Positions 52,400 through 64,000 of a stretch of 64,000 nt of DNA are shown piece after piece. Each line of letters starts with the position of its first letter. Position 1 is the stretch's first letter. Source of the stretch: Octopus sinensis (taxonomy: Eukaryota); the NCBI RefSeq assembly GCF_006345805.1, contig NW_021833800.1, forward strand, positions 1-64,000, given 5' to 3'. The notes below the pieces were generated by a model. It had not been told where the DNA came from and searched no databases. It saw only the letters and a list, made by a program, of their open reading frames with translations. The position numbers and the translations under genes were made by a program.

Positions 52400-53171
52400 G
52401 TGTATGTGTAAGTGTGTATTGAAGTATGTAGGCCAAGTAAGTAGGTATGTATATGTCTACACATTTGATATATGAGTGAGTGCGTATGTATTTCTGTTTT
52501 GTAATTGTATTTCCACGTCACGTAACAAATCTATTAAATTATGGATGAAGTGTATTTAGTTGCGGAATACTTTGAAAAAATTCATTTACCTGATGTGGGA
52601 GATAGGATGGTAAGTCACACCTCCAAACTCACACACACACATACACCACTCATAAACACAGGCATATACAGTCACAGGAATACACACACTCATATACATG
52701 CATACACATATACAGACATAGATACATACACACATACATACGTTCATACATACATACATACATACATACACACATACACACACACACACACTTACACACA
52801 CACACACATACACATACATACAAAGCTGGTGTGTCTGTGTAATAAGAGGTTTGCTCTCCAGCCACATTGTTCCGGGTTCAATCCCGTTGCGTGACACATT
52901 GCGCAAACGTTTTCCACTCTAGTCTCGAGGTGACCAAAGCCTTATGAGTGGATTTGGTACACGGAAACACACACACACACACACACACAACCACACACAC
53001 ACCACACACACACACACAAAACACACACACACACACACAACACACACACATAACAACACACCACACACAACACACACACAACCCATATATATATATATAT
53101 ATACATATATATGTATATATACATATATGCACATATACATATACATGTATGTGTGTGTGAGTGTGCGTATA

Positions 53172-53353
53172 CGAGGGGTGCTGAAAAGTTCCTGGCTTTA
53201 AGAATATCGTTAAAGTCCAGGCTGGAGGCCCATCCTTCCAAGTTCTTTCTCAGGGCTTAGAAAAATGGATGGATCGCGGTAAGAAGTGTGTGAATCTGAG
53301 AGGGAAATATGTTGAATAAAATCAGATTTAACTGACCCCCGTGCCAGGAACCT
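53172..53353. mobile_element. Non-autonomous mariner-type element, right TIR truncated
   Basis: TA|cgaggggtgctgaaaagttcctggc on the left and a partial gccaggaac on the right. Includes a mariner-like C-terminal remnant (KKCVNLRGKYVE*). Confidence 0.65.
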
Positions 53354-54410
53354 AGAATACATTCCGAAGAAGTCACACGACTCTACCGCAACGTATCATC
53401 AGATGAAAGGATGAGCCTATATGAGCAGAAGACTATGTATGGAAATGTTAGTAGAAAGCTCCGTGATGATAGTAACATCGATCATAAGAGCAGTTTATCA
53501 TGAACCAATAGCCGGATTATTACCCCCCGCTTTGAAGGGTATGCGTTTGCAATCCAGGAACAGGAGATATCAACAAAAGGGATAGAGATGCAGGAAAAGC
53601 CGTAAAATGTGATAACCGATGCAGACTTGGTGGAGTTCACACTGAAGATATCACCCATATCAGAAGCAGTTGTCCGAAAATGTCATCACGGTTTTATCAA
53701 CCGATGAGACATGGTGTTGCAGCTAGGACACTTTGTAATGAAAGCTGTCCGAAAGATAACCCCGAGGACAAAGAAATAAAAACCCACAATATGGTAGAAG
53801 CCATAGCCACTCATAATAAAAAGGAGTACTGGTGGAATGTACCAGTGAAGACCTCAATAAAATGTAAGCACAACAGACCAGATATAATGATTTGAGATAG
53901 AGAAGAGAAACTGCACAGTTGTGGAAATTAGCTGCCCAGCGGATGTTAACATAAGGCTGAAGATCAGTGAAAAAGAGAACACCTACACTGAACTATTGAG
54001 AAATATGCAGCTACTCTATCCAAATTACAAGTTCCGGTATATACCTGTAATTATTGGGTCCCTGGGATATGTAACACACTGCCTAATTACCAATCTTGAG
54101 AAATTAAGCTTCTCAAAACCAGAAAGAAGAAAGCCAATTCGATGACTACAGATCCAATCCATCACTGGAACTGTAAAAATCTGTAAAACTTTCCAGAAGT
54201 TAATCATTTAAATATAAATGAGCCTGTCTTGAAGCTCTATGCATGAGAATACATACATAAAACACACAAATCTGCATATACATACATACATACATACATA
54301 CATACAAAAATACCCTGTTGTTGATGTTGAAATTCCAATGAAGGAGCCTTGGGTGTAGGTTAGAAACCGTTTTTTTTTTATTGGTAAGAAATTTTGAAAT
54401 AAACTGAATT
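53354..54410 (+). mobile_element. 3' portion of a third R4/Dong-like (RLE) family, ending at (CA)n
   Basis: FEGYAFAIQEQEISTK, CRLGGVHTEDITHIRSSCP (CCHC remnant), HNRPDIMI, VEISCPAD, EKENTYTELL, IPVIIGSLG. Confidence 0.85.
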
Positions 54411-54645
54411 ACACACACAACACCACACACACACACACAACACACACACCCACAAACACACACAACACACACACCCACAACACACCACACACACCCACAC
54501 ACACACACACATATATATAATATATTGTGTGTGTGTGTGTGTGTGTGTGTAGCCTCGATGTTAGGAATTTTTTCTTTGTATACAGTCTAATTGTTGTGTG
54601 TATATAATAATAATAATAATATAATAATAATAATAATAATAATAA

Positions 54646-54692
<47 letters not shown>

Positions 54693-54829
54693 GCTGTGAG
54701 ATGAATGAAGAACTTTTATTGTAAATAGGGCGTCGGGTTGTATTAATAATTGAAGTTGAGGAAATTGGAACTGGAGGGGCGAGTGGGTGAGGGTAGTGAA
54801 TACACACACGTAAGCACAGATATACACAC

Positions 54830-55790
54830 GTACATACGTACATACATACATACATATTACATACATACATACAAACATAATACACACATAAATACATACA
54901 TACATACATTCATACATACATACACACATACATACATACATACATACATACATACATACATACATACATAAATACATACAAACATACATACATACATACA
55001 TACATACAAACATATATACATACATGCATACATAAATATATACATACATACATATATACATGCATACATACATACATACATACGTACATACATACATACA
55101 TACATACATAAATACATACATACATACATACATACATACATACATACATACATACAAACATACATACATACATACATACAAACACACATACATACATACA
55201 TACATACATACATACATACATAATAACATACATACATACATACATACATAATACATAACAAACATACATACATACATACATCATACAAACACAACATACA
55301 TACATACATACATACATACATACATACATACATAAATACATACACACATAATACATACATACATACATACTTACATACATACTACATACATACATAAATA
55401 CATACCATACAATAGAATACATACATACATACATACATACACACACACATACATACATAGCATACATACACTACATACATACATACATACATACACACCA
55501 CATACATACATACAACATACACACACACACATACATACATACCTAAATACATACATACATACATATATACATACATACATACAATACATACTTACATAAA
55601 TACATACATGCATACATACATACATACATACTTACATACATACATACCTATACATACATACATACATACATACATACATACACACACACTCATACTACAT
55701 ACATACATACATACTTAATACATACATACAACATATATCCATACATACATACATACATACATACTACATACTTCATACTACAACATCATA
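54830..55790. repeat. Degenerate (CATA)n array
   Basis: Direct inspection. Confidence 0.95.
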
Positions 55791-55978
55791 CTACATATAT
55801 ACACATATATATAGAGAAGATTGAGTAATAACATCCATATTTCCTTTTCATGATGTATCAGAGATTTGTTTTCCGTTTCGTTTCTTTACTTGACAGATAG
55901 GTTGTAGCCCCGGGTAATCTATAATTATATATAATTATTCGTTGAGCACTTTTGAACTTATCGAGTCTCAATCAGACA

Positions 55979-56056
<78 letters not shown>

Positions 56057-56706
56057 ACACGCACGCTAGCATCACATCATATATATATACGCAATATGAG
56101 TGCGTCTGTGTGTGTATTTATAATGTACATATATGTGTGTATATATACGAATACAGTGTGTCTGCATGCGTGTACATGTACGTATATATATATGTGTGTG
56201 AGTGTCTATGTGTGTTTGTGTATGTAAATGTACCCTTATAAAGAGTGTATACCTACCTACCCACATCCATACCTACCCACCCTACATACGTACATACATA
56301 CATTCATACATACATTCATATATACATACATACATACATACATAAATACGCAAGTAAATGCCTAAGTGATAATCTGGATAAACTACGGCTTTTATAGAAA
56401 AGGAATTCAACAAGCTAATTTGAACATCACAAGTACAATTTGTAAGTGGTACAGTAAAGGTGTGCAAGACTTTTGCCAAGTTTAAAATTTCTTATCTACA
56501 ATCCAACGACGGAACTTTGTATCTTTATTAGAAACCCGTTTCTTCCCCAAAGGAAGAATTTAAATAATTAAAAACAAAATCGAACACACACATGTATAGA
56601 ATACAGGTCACTGTAGTAACTATACGCTACTATTTAGATTCTACCCAGCTGGAGCACCTAATTCTATCGAATTGTTCTGTCGGATTCATCATGATGTCTG
56701 GATAAA

Positions 56707-57117
56707 GGCGCAGGAGTGGCTGTGTGGTAAGTAGCTTGCTAACCAACCACATGGTTCCGGGTTCAGTCCCACTGCGTGGCACCTTGGGCAAGTGTCTTCT
56801 GCTATAGCCCTCGGGCCGACAATGCCTTGTGAGTGGATTTGGTCGACGGAAACTGAAAGAAGCCTGTCGTATATATGTATATATATGTATGTGTATGTGT
56901 GTGTTTGTGTGTCTGTGTTTGTACCCCTAGTATTGCTTGACAACCGATGCTGGTGTGTTTACGTCCCCGTCACTTAGTGGTTCGGCAAAAGAGAGTCGAT
57001 AGAATAAGTACTAGGCTTACAAAGAATAAGTCCCGGGGGGTCGATTTGCTCGACTAAAGGTGGTGCTCCAGCATGGCCGCAGTCAAATGACTGAAACAAG
57101 TAAAAAGAGTAAAAAGA
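56707..57117 (+). mobile_element. SINE family A, full length
   Basis: Box A TGGCTGTGTGG, box B GGTTCAGTCCC, full body and tail. Confidence 0.92.
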
Positions 57118-57669
57118 AAAAAAGAGTATGTCTATTTACCGCTATGTAAGCTGTAACAAATAAATCAGTCAGGTGCCAGAAATCACCTGGGAACATCCTG
57201 TTACGGCCCCGTACTTTATTCCCCAAGGGGTTCTTATTTTCAGATGCTATCTCAGAATTACTGAACATGCGTACCTCAACAATATCCTTTGAAAAGAAAC
57301 TCTGTACTCCAACAAACGGATTATAATTCTAAATTTCCTAATTTCCTATAAATGGTACGTTTCCTGAAACGATAGGAACATCAATAAGTGTAGGCCCTTA
57401 AGGGACAGTCACAAAGTCTCAAATATACAAAAATATCAGTAAAAGCCTTAGATAGATATAGATTATGTTACGTTTCTGTTAATTACAGGTATGATCAGCA
57501 GGTACCCCAAAATATCATTAAGGTACTAGCTTCGACTATAGCATGAGGATGTTGCTTAAACTATATACAAACTAAAGGCCAAACGTAGGAAAGGCTGCCC
57601 AAAGCCTATCACATGACCAATATCAAAAATATTTCCGTTGTTGGGTCAACAAACATGTTTTGATACAAA

Positions 57670-57922
57670 CAAAATCGTTTGTCTTTTACTTCAGTTAATG
57701 GAATGTGGCCATACTGGAGCACCGTTTCAAAGTTTTTAATCGGAAGAATCGACTCCCAGTGTCTATGTTCTTTATTTTTTAAAGTTTGGTACTTGTTCTA
57801 TCGGTCACTTTAGCCGAACTGTTATAGAGATGTAAACAAACCAACGCAAATTGTCAAGTGGTGACAACCAGAGATATACGCACATATATGTAAATCGCCA
57901 AAAAAGTATATATATATATATA

Positions 57923-57966
<44 letters not shown>

Positions 57967-58125
57967 ACGGGCTTCCACACAGTTTCCGTTCACTAAATTC
58001 ACTCAGAAAGCATTGGTCAACCTGGAGCTATAGTAGAAGATTCATTCCCAACGTACTGTACAGTAGAACTGAACCCAGAATCCCTTGGCTGGAAAGTGAG
58101 AGTCTTAACCACATAACCATGTTCG
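57670..58125 (-). mobile_element. Old SINE family A relative
   Basis: tgtggccatactggagcaccg...gacgggcttccacacagtttccgt...gaactgaaccc. Confidence 0.65.
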
Positions 58126-58359
58126 CGCCTACCATATTTCAAATTCCACCAAACGCATACATAACAAACTTAGTACAGCCGTGACCCCCCAAGTCTACAC
58201 AGCTCGAAATAGGTACCATATGAGGTACATTCCACTTAGCTGTATGTAGGTACCACAGTCAATAACAATACATCGAGCCTTAGATTCCAGGGTGAGGTAC
58301 AATCTTCCTGGTTTTATCTGGGTATTGTTTGCATTGCCGTTTTAGCTGTAGGTATTAGA

Positions 58360-58570
58360 CGTTAGCACGCCCGGCGAAATGCTTAGCAGTATTTCGTCTG
58401 CCGTTACGTTGTGAGTTCAAATTCCGCCGAGGTCGACTTTACCTTTCATCCTTTCGGGGTCGATAAATTAAGTACCAGTTACGCACTGGGATTGTTGTAA
58501 TCGACTTAATACCTATGTCTGTCCTTGTTTGTCCCCTCTATGTTTAGCCCCTTGTGGGTAATAAAGAAAT
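58360..58570 (+). mobile_element. 5'-truncated SINE family B, long tail
   Basis: 10-bp TSD aggtattaga at 58350-58359 and 58571-58580. Confidence 0.9.
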
Positions 58571-58699
58571 AGGTATTAGATAATGAAAAAGACAAAGTGA
58601 GCAACTGAGAGGAGACACACACACACACACACACACATACACACGATATATTTATAGAGAGAGTGGGAAAAGTGAAAGAGGGAGATCGGTGAAGAGATG

Positions 58700-58927
58700 A
58701 TGCAGAGAATGAAGAAGAAGAAGAAGATGAAGAAGAAGAAAAAGAAAAAGAAGAAGAAGAAGAAGAAAAAGAAAAAGGAGAAGAAGAAGAAGAAGAAGAA
58801 AAAGAAAAGAAGAAGAAGAAAAAGAAAAAGAAAAAGAAAAGAGAAGAAGAAAAAGAAGAAGAAGAAAAAGAAGAAAAAGAAGAAGAAAAAGAAGAAGAAG
58901 AAGAAGAAGAAGAAGAAGAAAAATAAA

Positions 58928-58962
<35 letters not shown>

Positions 58963-58985
58963 GAAGAAGAAGAAGAAGAAGAAAG
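58700..58985. repeat. (GAA/AAA)n and (AAT)n array
   Basis: Direct inspection. Source of the poly-Lys pseudo-ORF. Confidence 0.95.
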
Positions 58986-59325
58986 GGAAAGAGAGAGAGA
59001 GAACTATTGAAAAGAAGAGATTTGAGCTTAAAAGATGGGAAGAGAAAAACGTTGAGTTATTAAGAACTGTGGAAACGGATAGAATTGTTAGGGGTTTAGA
59101 TTAAAGGGAGATTAGAGTAGAAAATAAAGGTTGGGGGATTAAAGAGGAAAATAATGGGGAGAGGGTGAGATTAAAGTGGAAAATTAAGGTGAGGAGATTA
59201 AAGACGGACGAATAAGAGGATGAAATTGAATGAAGAAAAAATCGAGACAAGAATAATAAAATTAAATTGAAACAAAAGCAGACGACATTTTCTCTCCCTC
59301 CACTCTCTCCACTTCTTTTTCTCTC

Positions 59326-59365
<40 letters not shown>

Positions 59366-59858
59366 TCATCAACTATTTCTCTTTCTCTTTCATTTCCCCC
59401 CACCACTCTCTCTTTCTTCCTCTACTTTCTCTTTCTCTGTCACAATTTCTTTACCCTTTCTTTTCTTTTTCCTGTTTTTCTTTTCCCTCCCTCTTTCTTT
59501 CTCAAACACACTCAAACGTTTCCCTCCTCTCTTTCACTCTCCTCACACCCACCTCTCTCTCTCTCTCTCTCTCTCTTACCTTCCTTCCTACATCTATCAC
59601 TCTCATTCTCCCTCCTGCCCCTGTCTCTCTTCCTCCGAACATCTCTCCATCACTCATCCCTCGCTCTACTTCTCTCCCTCTCTCTCTTCTTCCATATATA
59701 TATATATTCGCTTTCCTCCTCTCTTTGCCCCCTCTCCCCCATACAAGCTCCCATTTTGTATAATTCATTTCTTCATTGAACTTTCATTCCCTTATCTTCT
59801 CTCCTTCAGTTCTATCTTTCTGCTTCATTTCTTTCTTCCTTTCTTTCGTTCTTTCCCG

Positions 59859-59893
<35 letters not shown>

Positions 59894-61274
59894 TTTCAAT
59901 CCTTTCGGTCTTAAACAATTTCGTTACCATTCCTTCTTCTTACTCTCTTTCTTCACTCTCTTTAACCCACCATTCCTCTCTCTCTCTCCATCTTTCTTTT
60001 CCCCCCTCTCTCTTTCTTTTCGTTTCTCTCTCTTTGTCACCTTCTTTCTCTCCTTTTCCTTCCTTTCTTCCTTTCTCCTTTTCTTCTTAAATATAATTTA
60101 TACCCCCGTCCCACCCCATACACCAACACCTTCAATCTCTTTCACCTTCTCCCTCCCTCTCTTTCTCTTCCTTCCCCTCTCTCTCCAATTCTTCATCAAC
60201 TCCACCACCTTCCCTCAAATTAACATCTTTGCAACATCAAAACAAAAAGTAAAAAACCAGAAAACATACAAAACAATAAAAACTAAATTTCTATTTAAAA
60301 GCGAAAAATAAAAATGAAAAAATAAACGAAAATTAAATTTTGTCCAACTTCCATTTTTTAAAAATATTTTTCAAGAATTTTTCGAAACAAAATTATTTCA
60401 TTGTTTTTTGCTTTTTTCTCTTCAATTATTTCCCTTTTTATCCTTGTTATTTTTGTTGTTCTTTTTTAAATGCAATTCCTCTCAACTTCCATCTTTCCAG
60501 TAAATTCAATTGTTGTTGTTCTTCTTCTTGTTGTTGTCATTATATTTCCACTCCTGTTTTTATTTTGTGTCTCGCCAGTTTCTAAACTACTCCACATCTA
60601 ACTCAGATATGACGACTGCCTGCTTAACAATTTAGCTTCGCAAATTCTGTGGTTTCAGGTTCGTCCCCGGTGTGCGGCACTTGGAGCAAGTGTCTGGTAT
60701 CATAACTTCAAATCATCTAAGCTCTGGGAATGGAATTTGGTAAACAGAAACTGAATGGAACCGCATAGGAGAGGCCTTCACTTTCTTGGATGGTTGACTT
60801 AAAACGTGACCCTCTCGTTTGCGGACTTGACTATGTGACGAGCATCCGGTCCAGGTCCCTAATGATAGATACCTTCTTTCCTGCCCACACCAAGATCCAG
60901 GAGTTATACCAATTTTTATCTATGAACCCCTTTTGGTAACGATTTTACTCGTATGGACCTCCCCACCCCCAAGCCATTCAATGTAGTTCTTTTATAATTA
61001 GATCTTATGAATTTTATAGAAATAATTGTTAAAATATTTTGTGTGTTGTAGGAATTTAACCAATTTATTGCAAATTAAGTTGAATGACAACATCTTATAT
61101 GGACCCCCATGGGTCATATAGACCCCGTTTGAAAAACCACAGAGTTATCCCTTCTTCCTTTGACGTTGTTCATCGTTTATTCAGAGGGGAAGGATGTGCC
61201 CTTGACCTCCTTACGACGCTTCAAAGATTGAGAGGATATATATATATAATATATATAGATATATATATATATAT

Positions 61275-61473
61275 TTAAAGGGAAGGTTTACGAATAAACA
61301 AAAGACGAAGGCAGGTGGAGTATAACAAACAAATGTATTAGTATGGCATCAGGAATAGAAATAGAACAAGTCTTTACATTTCGAGCCTACGCTCTTCGAC
61401 AGAAAGATAACACAGAAAAAAAAACAGGAGAGAACAAGGAGAGAAAAAATGCGTGTAGGAGCTAACGGTCCAT
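61275..61473 (-). mobile_element. Penelope-like terminal fragment with degenerate hammerhead motif, between TA arrays
   Basis: Minus strand tcttt-CTGTCGA-a-gagc(gtag)gctc-GAAA-tgt-aaaga at 61407-61371, with the same architecture as 30020-30054. Confidence 0.5.
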
Positions 61474-61491
61474 TATATATTATATATATAT

Positions 61492-61541
<50 letters not shown>

Positions 61542-61639
61542 GGGAGAGAGGGAAAAGGAGGTATGGTCAAACCGAAGGTATGGAGAGAGTGCTTGCAACA
61601 ATCTTGACGCTGCTAAAGCACACCCCTCTGGTCCTACTG

Positions 61640-61960
61640 GACCAGAGGGGTGGGGTTTTAAATTGGGTGCAACACCTTCAACAAGTGCCTTCTAATATTG
61701 CCGCGGACCACCAAAACCAAGTAAATGGATTTGGCAGAATTGCAAGGAACTCGTCGTACACACATATGTGTGTGTGTGTGTGTGTCTGTTTATGCCCCCT
61801 CCTAATCTAGCATCTCGGCAGAAGAGACCGGTAGAATAAATGTCAGGCCTACAAAAGAGAAGAAGAAAAAACAAGTAGCGGGCTCGAATTGTTCGATTAA
61901 ACCCTTGAAAGTTTTGCTCCAGCTTGGCTGCACTCTGTGACTGAAACAACTAAAAAAATA
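61640..61960 (+). mobile_element. Old SINE family A relative
   Basis: gtaaatggatttggcagaa...ggcagaagagaccggtagaataa...gctccagcttggctgcactctgtgactgaaacaa. Confidence 0.55.
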
Positions 61961-62448
61961 TAAAACAAAAGTTTCAATAAACTTTTGTGGGATTTGAAAT
62001 CGGAATCACAATGATTCGAAACAAATACGGTCAGGCATCCTGTCCGATGCTCTTACAGTTTCACCGGTCCACTACCTTTGACTAGTACTTTATTTATCGA
62101 CCCTGAAAAATGTCAAAGTTGACTACGCCATTAAAAAAACTCCTTCACGTACACACAACAGTTTAGTTTCTACTGATTTCCTCCTTCATTTTCTGTTTTT
62201 TTTCATTTTATTAACATCGTTCATTTTTGGCCATGATTTTCTGTTCTTTATTCTACCAAACTTAAATCGTTCTATCGGCGTTCCATCCGTGTATCCATCG
62301 GTCCCTGAAACACCAGAACATGTTTCTTTTTCATGACATATGAGATCTTTACATTTTTTTATAATGCTAGCTCCGATCATTACTAATTTTTTTAGGATTG
62401 TTTTTGTTGTTATTTAGCCCTAGGTCAGACGCTAGCCAGCAGGTTATT

Positions 62449-62593
62449 GGCTAAAACTGTCCCAGTTGTCTTGTCACTACCTCGTCACACACTCCATAAA
62501 GGAGCTGTTGTGGTAGCAGACCACGAAACACGGTTGAAGTTCCTTGGTTAAAACTGTCCCAGTTGTCTTGTCACCAACTCGTCACACACACCA
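62449..62593. repeat. 48-bp direct repeat (44/48), period 97
   Basis: 62449-62496 and 62546-62593: gg(c/t)taaaactgtcccagttgtcttgtcac... Confidence 0.85.
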
Positions 62594-63159
62594 CTTCGTC
62601 ATACATACACACACACACATATGTATGTACGTATTTATGTGTGTATGCATGTATGCATGTGTGTGTACACACATACATACGTATACAAACATATATATGG
62701 TTGTGTTGTTGACGCCATAAAAGTTTAGATGATTTGAGAAAAGGTGAAATTATTCTTTCCTAGAACGTTTAATCATACACACACTCACACTCACTCACAC
62801 ACACATACATATACATAACATTTTGATAGGTTTGTATACACGGTAAATAAGCAATCACATTAGAGTTCAATATAGTTTCCTGTGTTAAAATCCAAACTGT
62901 GCGCGTATGAATGCATATCCGTGTACACCGTTGCGGTTACAGAAGATGAACAGAGCAAAAATATATTAGAAAGAATAATAGAAAAAAAACGTTAGTAGTA
63001 GTTCAATATGTTCATTCCTACAACTGTTTCTGTAATTCATACATCACAATACTATCATGAGAATGTAAGACTCACACCTTTAGAGAATAATTTTCAGGCA
63101 GAAATATGAAGAGTACGCTATAACTAACTTCCTAGAACGTTTAATCATACACACTCACA

Positions 63160-63195
<36 letters not shown>

Positions 63196-63414
63196 TATAC
63201 AGAACATTTTGACAGGTTTGTATACACAGTAAATAAACAAAAAAATTGGACGAAATAAAAAAAGCAATCACATAAAAGGTGAGTAGGTGAATCTAACATA
63301 ATTGAGAAGGAACCTATCAGTTCATTATGTATCGTGTTATATAACTATCAGTTTAAAAAGCTGCGACAATACTACAGCGTAATAAAGCATAGTAATGCAC
63401 GCACGCACGCACAC

Positions 63415-63464
<50 letters not shown>

Positions 63465-63709
63465 ACGAACACAAATAACACTGCATAACAGAGGTTCAGT
63501 TGGAGTCAACATCGTCAAGGAATGTTAATGAATGTACACACTTGCGGACAATTAAAAAAATTGATATAAATGTAAACACACTCATACACACTTTTACATA
63601 AATACCCAAACATATATACATATATACACACTACATGATGCACACACACAAACTGTACATATGGGAGTGGCTGGGTGTATTGTACTCTGTGCAAAATTTC
63701 TGTTGCTAT

Positions 63710-64000
63710 ACTCTTTTACTCTTTTACTCTTTTATTTGTTTCAGTCATTTGACTGTGGCCGTGCTGGAGCACCGCTTTTAGTCGAGCAAATCGACCCAAG
63801 GACTTATTCCTTGGAAGCCCAGTACTTATTCTATCAGTCTCTTTTGCCGAACCGCAAAACCACGGGGATGTAAACACACCAACATCGGTTGTCAGGCGAT
63901 GTTGGACGGACAAACACAGACACACAAACAAACACACACACACACACATACATATATATACATATATACGGCGGGCCTCTTTCAGTTTCCGTCTACCAAA
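63710..64000 (-). mobile_element. SINE family A (runs off the window end)
   Basis: (ctctttta)n tail, core and internal CA/TA tract on the reverse strand. Confidence 0.88.

Noticed and set aside
54330-54372. Hammerhead-like ccaatga...gaaac in the RLE element 3'UTR (similarly 1835-1875 and 40825-40845)
   Set aside because: Each has two or more core substitutions or no definable stem II, so they are indistinguishable from chance.
57120-57660. Faint minus-strand similarity to L1/Tx1 RT motifs (LSKAF, CDCPL)
   Set aside because: The motif spacing needs several large deletions and each match is only 4-5 residues. Not supportable without an alignment.
58697-59104. Poly-Lys ORF
   Set aside because: (GAA/AAA)n microsatellite.
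62757-63275. ~110-bp duplicated segment (62757-62865 and 63129-63275)
   Set aside because: A simple diverged local duplication around a CA tract with no element hallmarks.

Overview
Gene-free, repeat-saturated eukaryotic DNA. The SINE, mariner and microsatellite content looks like an octopus/cephalopod genome; this is pattern recognition, not a database result. I found no credible host exon, rRNA, true tRNA gene or CRISPR array, and most ORF-track entries are translations of microsatellites. The centrepiece is a full-length (~6.07 kb, 31301-37366, minus strand) Tx1/L1-clade non-LTR retrotransposon with a CCHC ORF1 and an APE-RT-zinc-finger ORF2, both broken by small indels. Two 5'-truncated relatives sit with it at the same (GATA)n/(CATA)n array, suggesting a GATA-microsatellite-targeting family. 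The 3' tail of the window's most abundant tRNA-derived SINE aligns ungapped to this LINE's 3' end (32-33 of 42 nt, including a conserved hairpin just before AATAAA). About half of those SINE copies inserted at GGTA(T/C), often into other SINE copies. Together these point to a Tx1-driven, target-biased SINE/LINE system. Also present: R4/Dong-like elements at (TAA)n arrays, two RTE-group fragments with TSDs, three Penelope coding remnants, several minimal hammerhead-ribozyme motifs, three mariner transposase remnants (one near intact), two non-autonomous Helitrons, MITEs, two fold-back inverted duplications and a 22-kb-spaced inverted duplicate. Coordinates of degenerate repeats are approximate.
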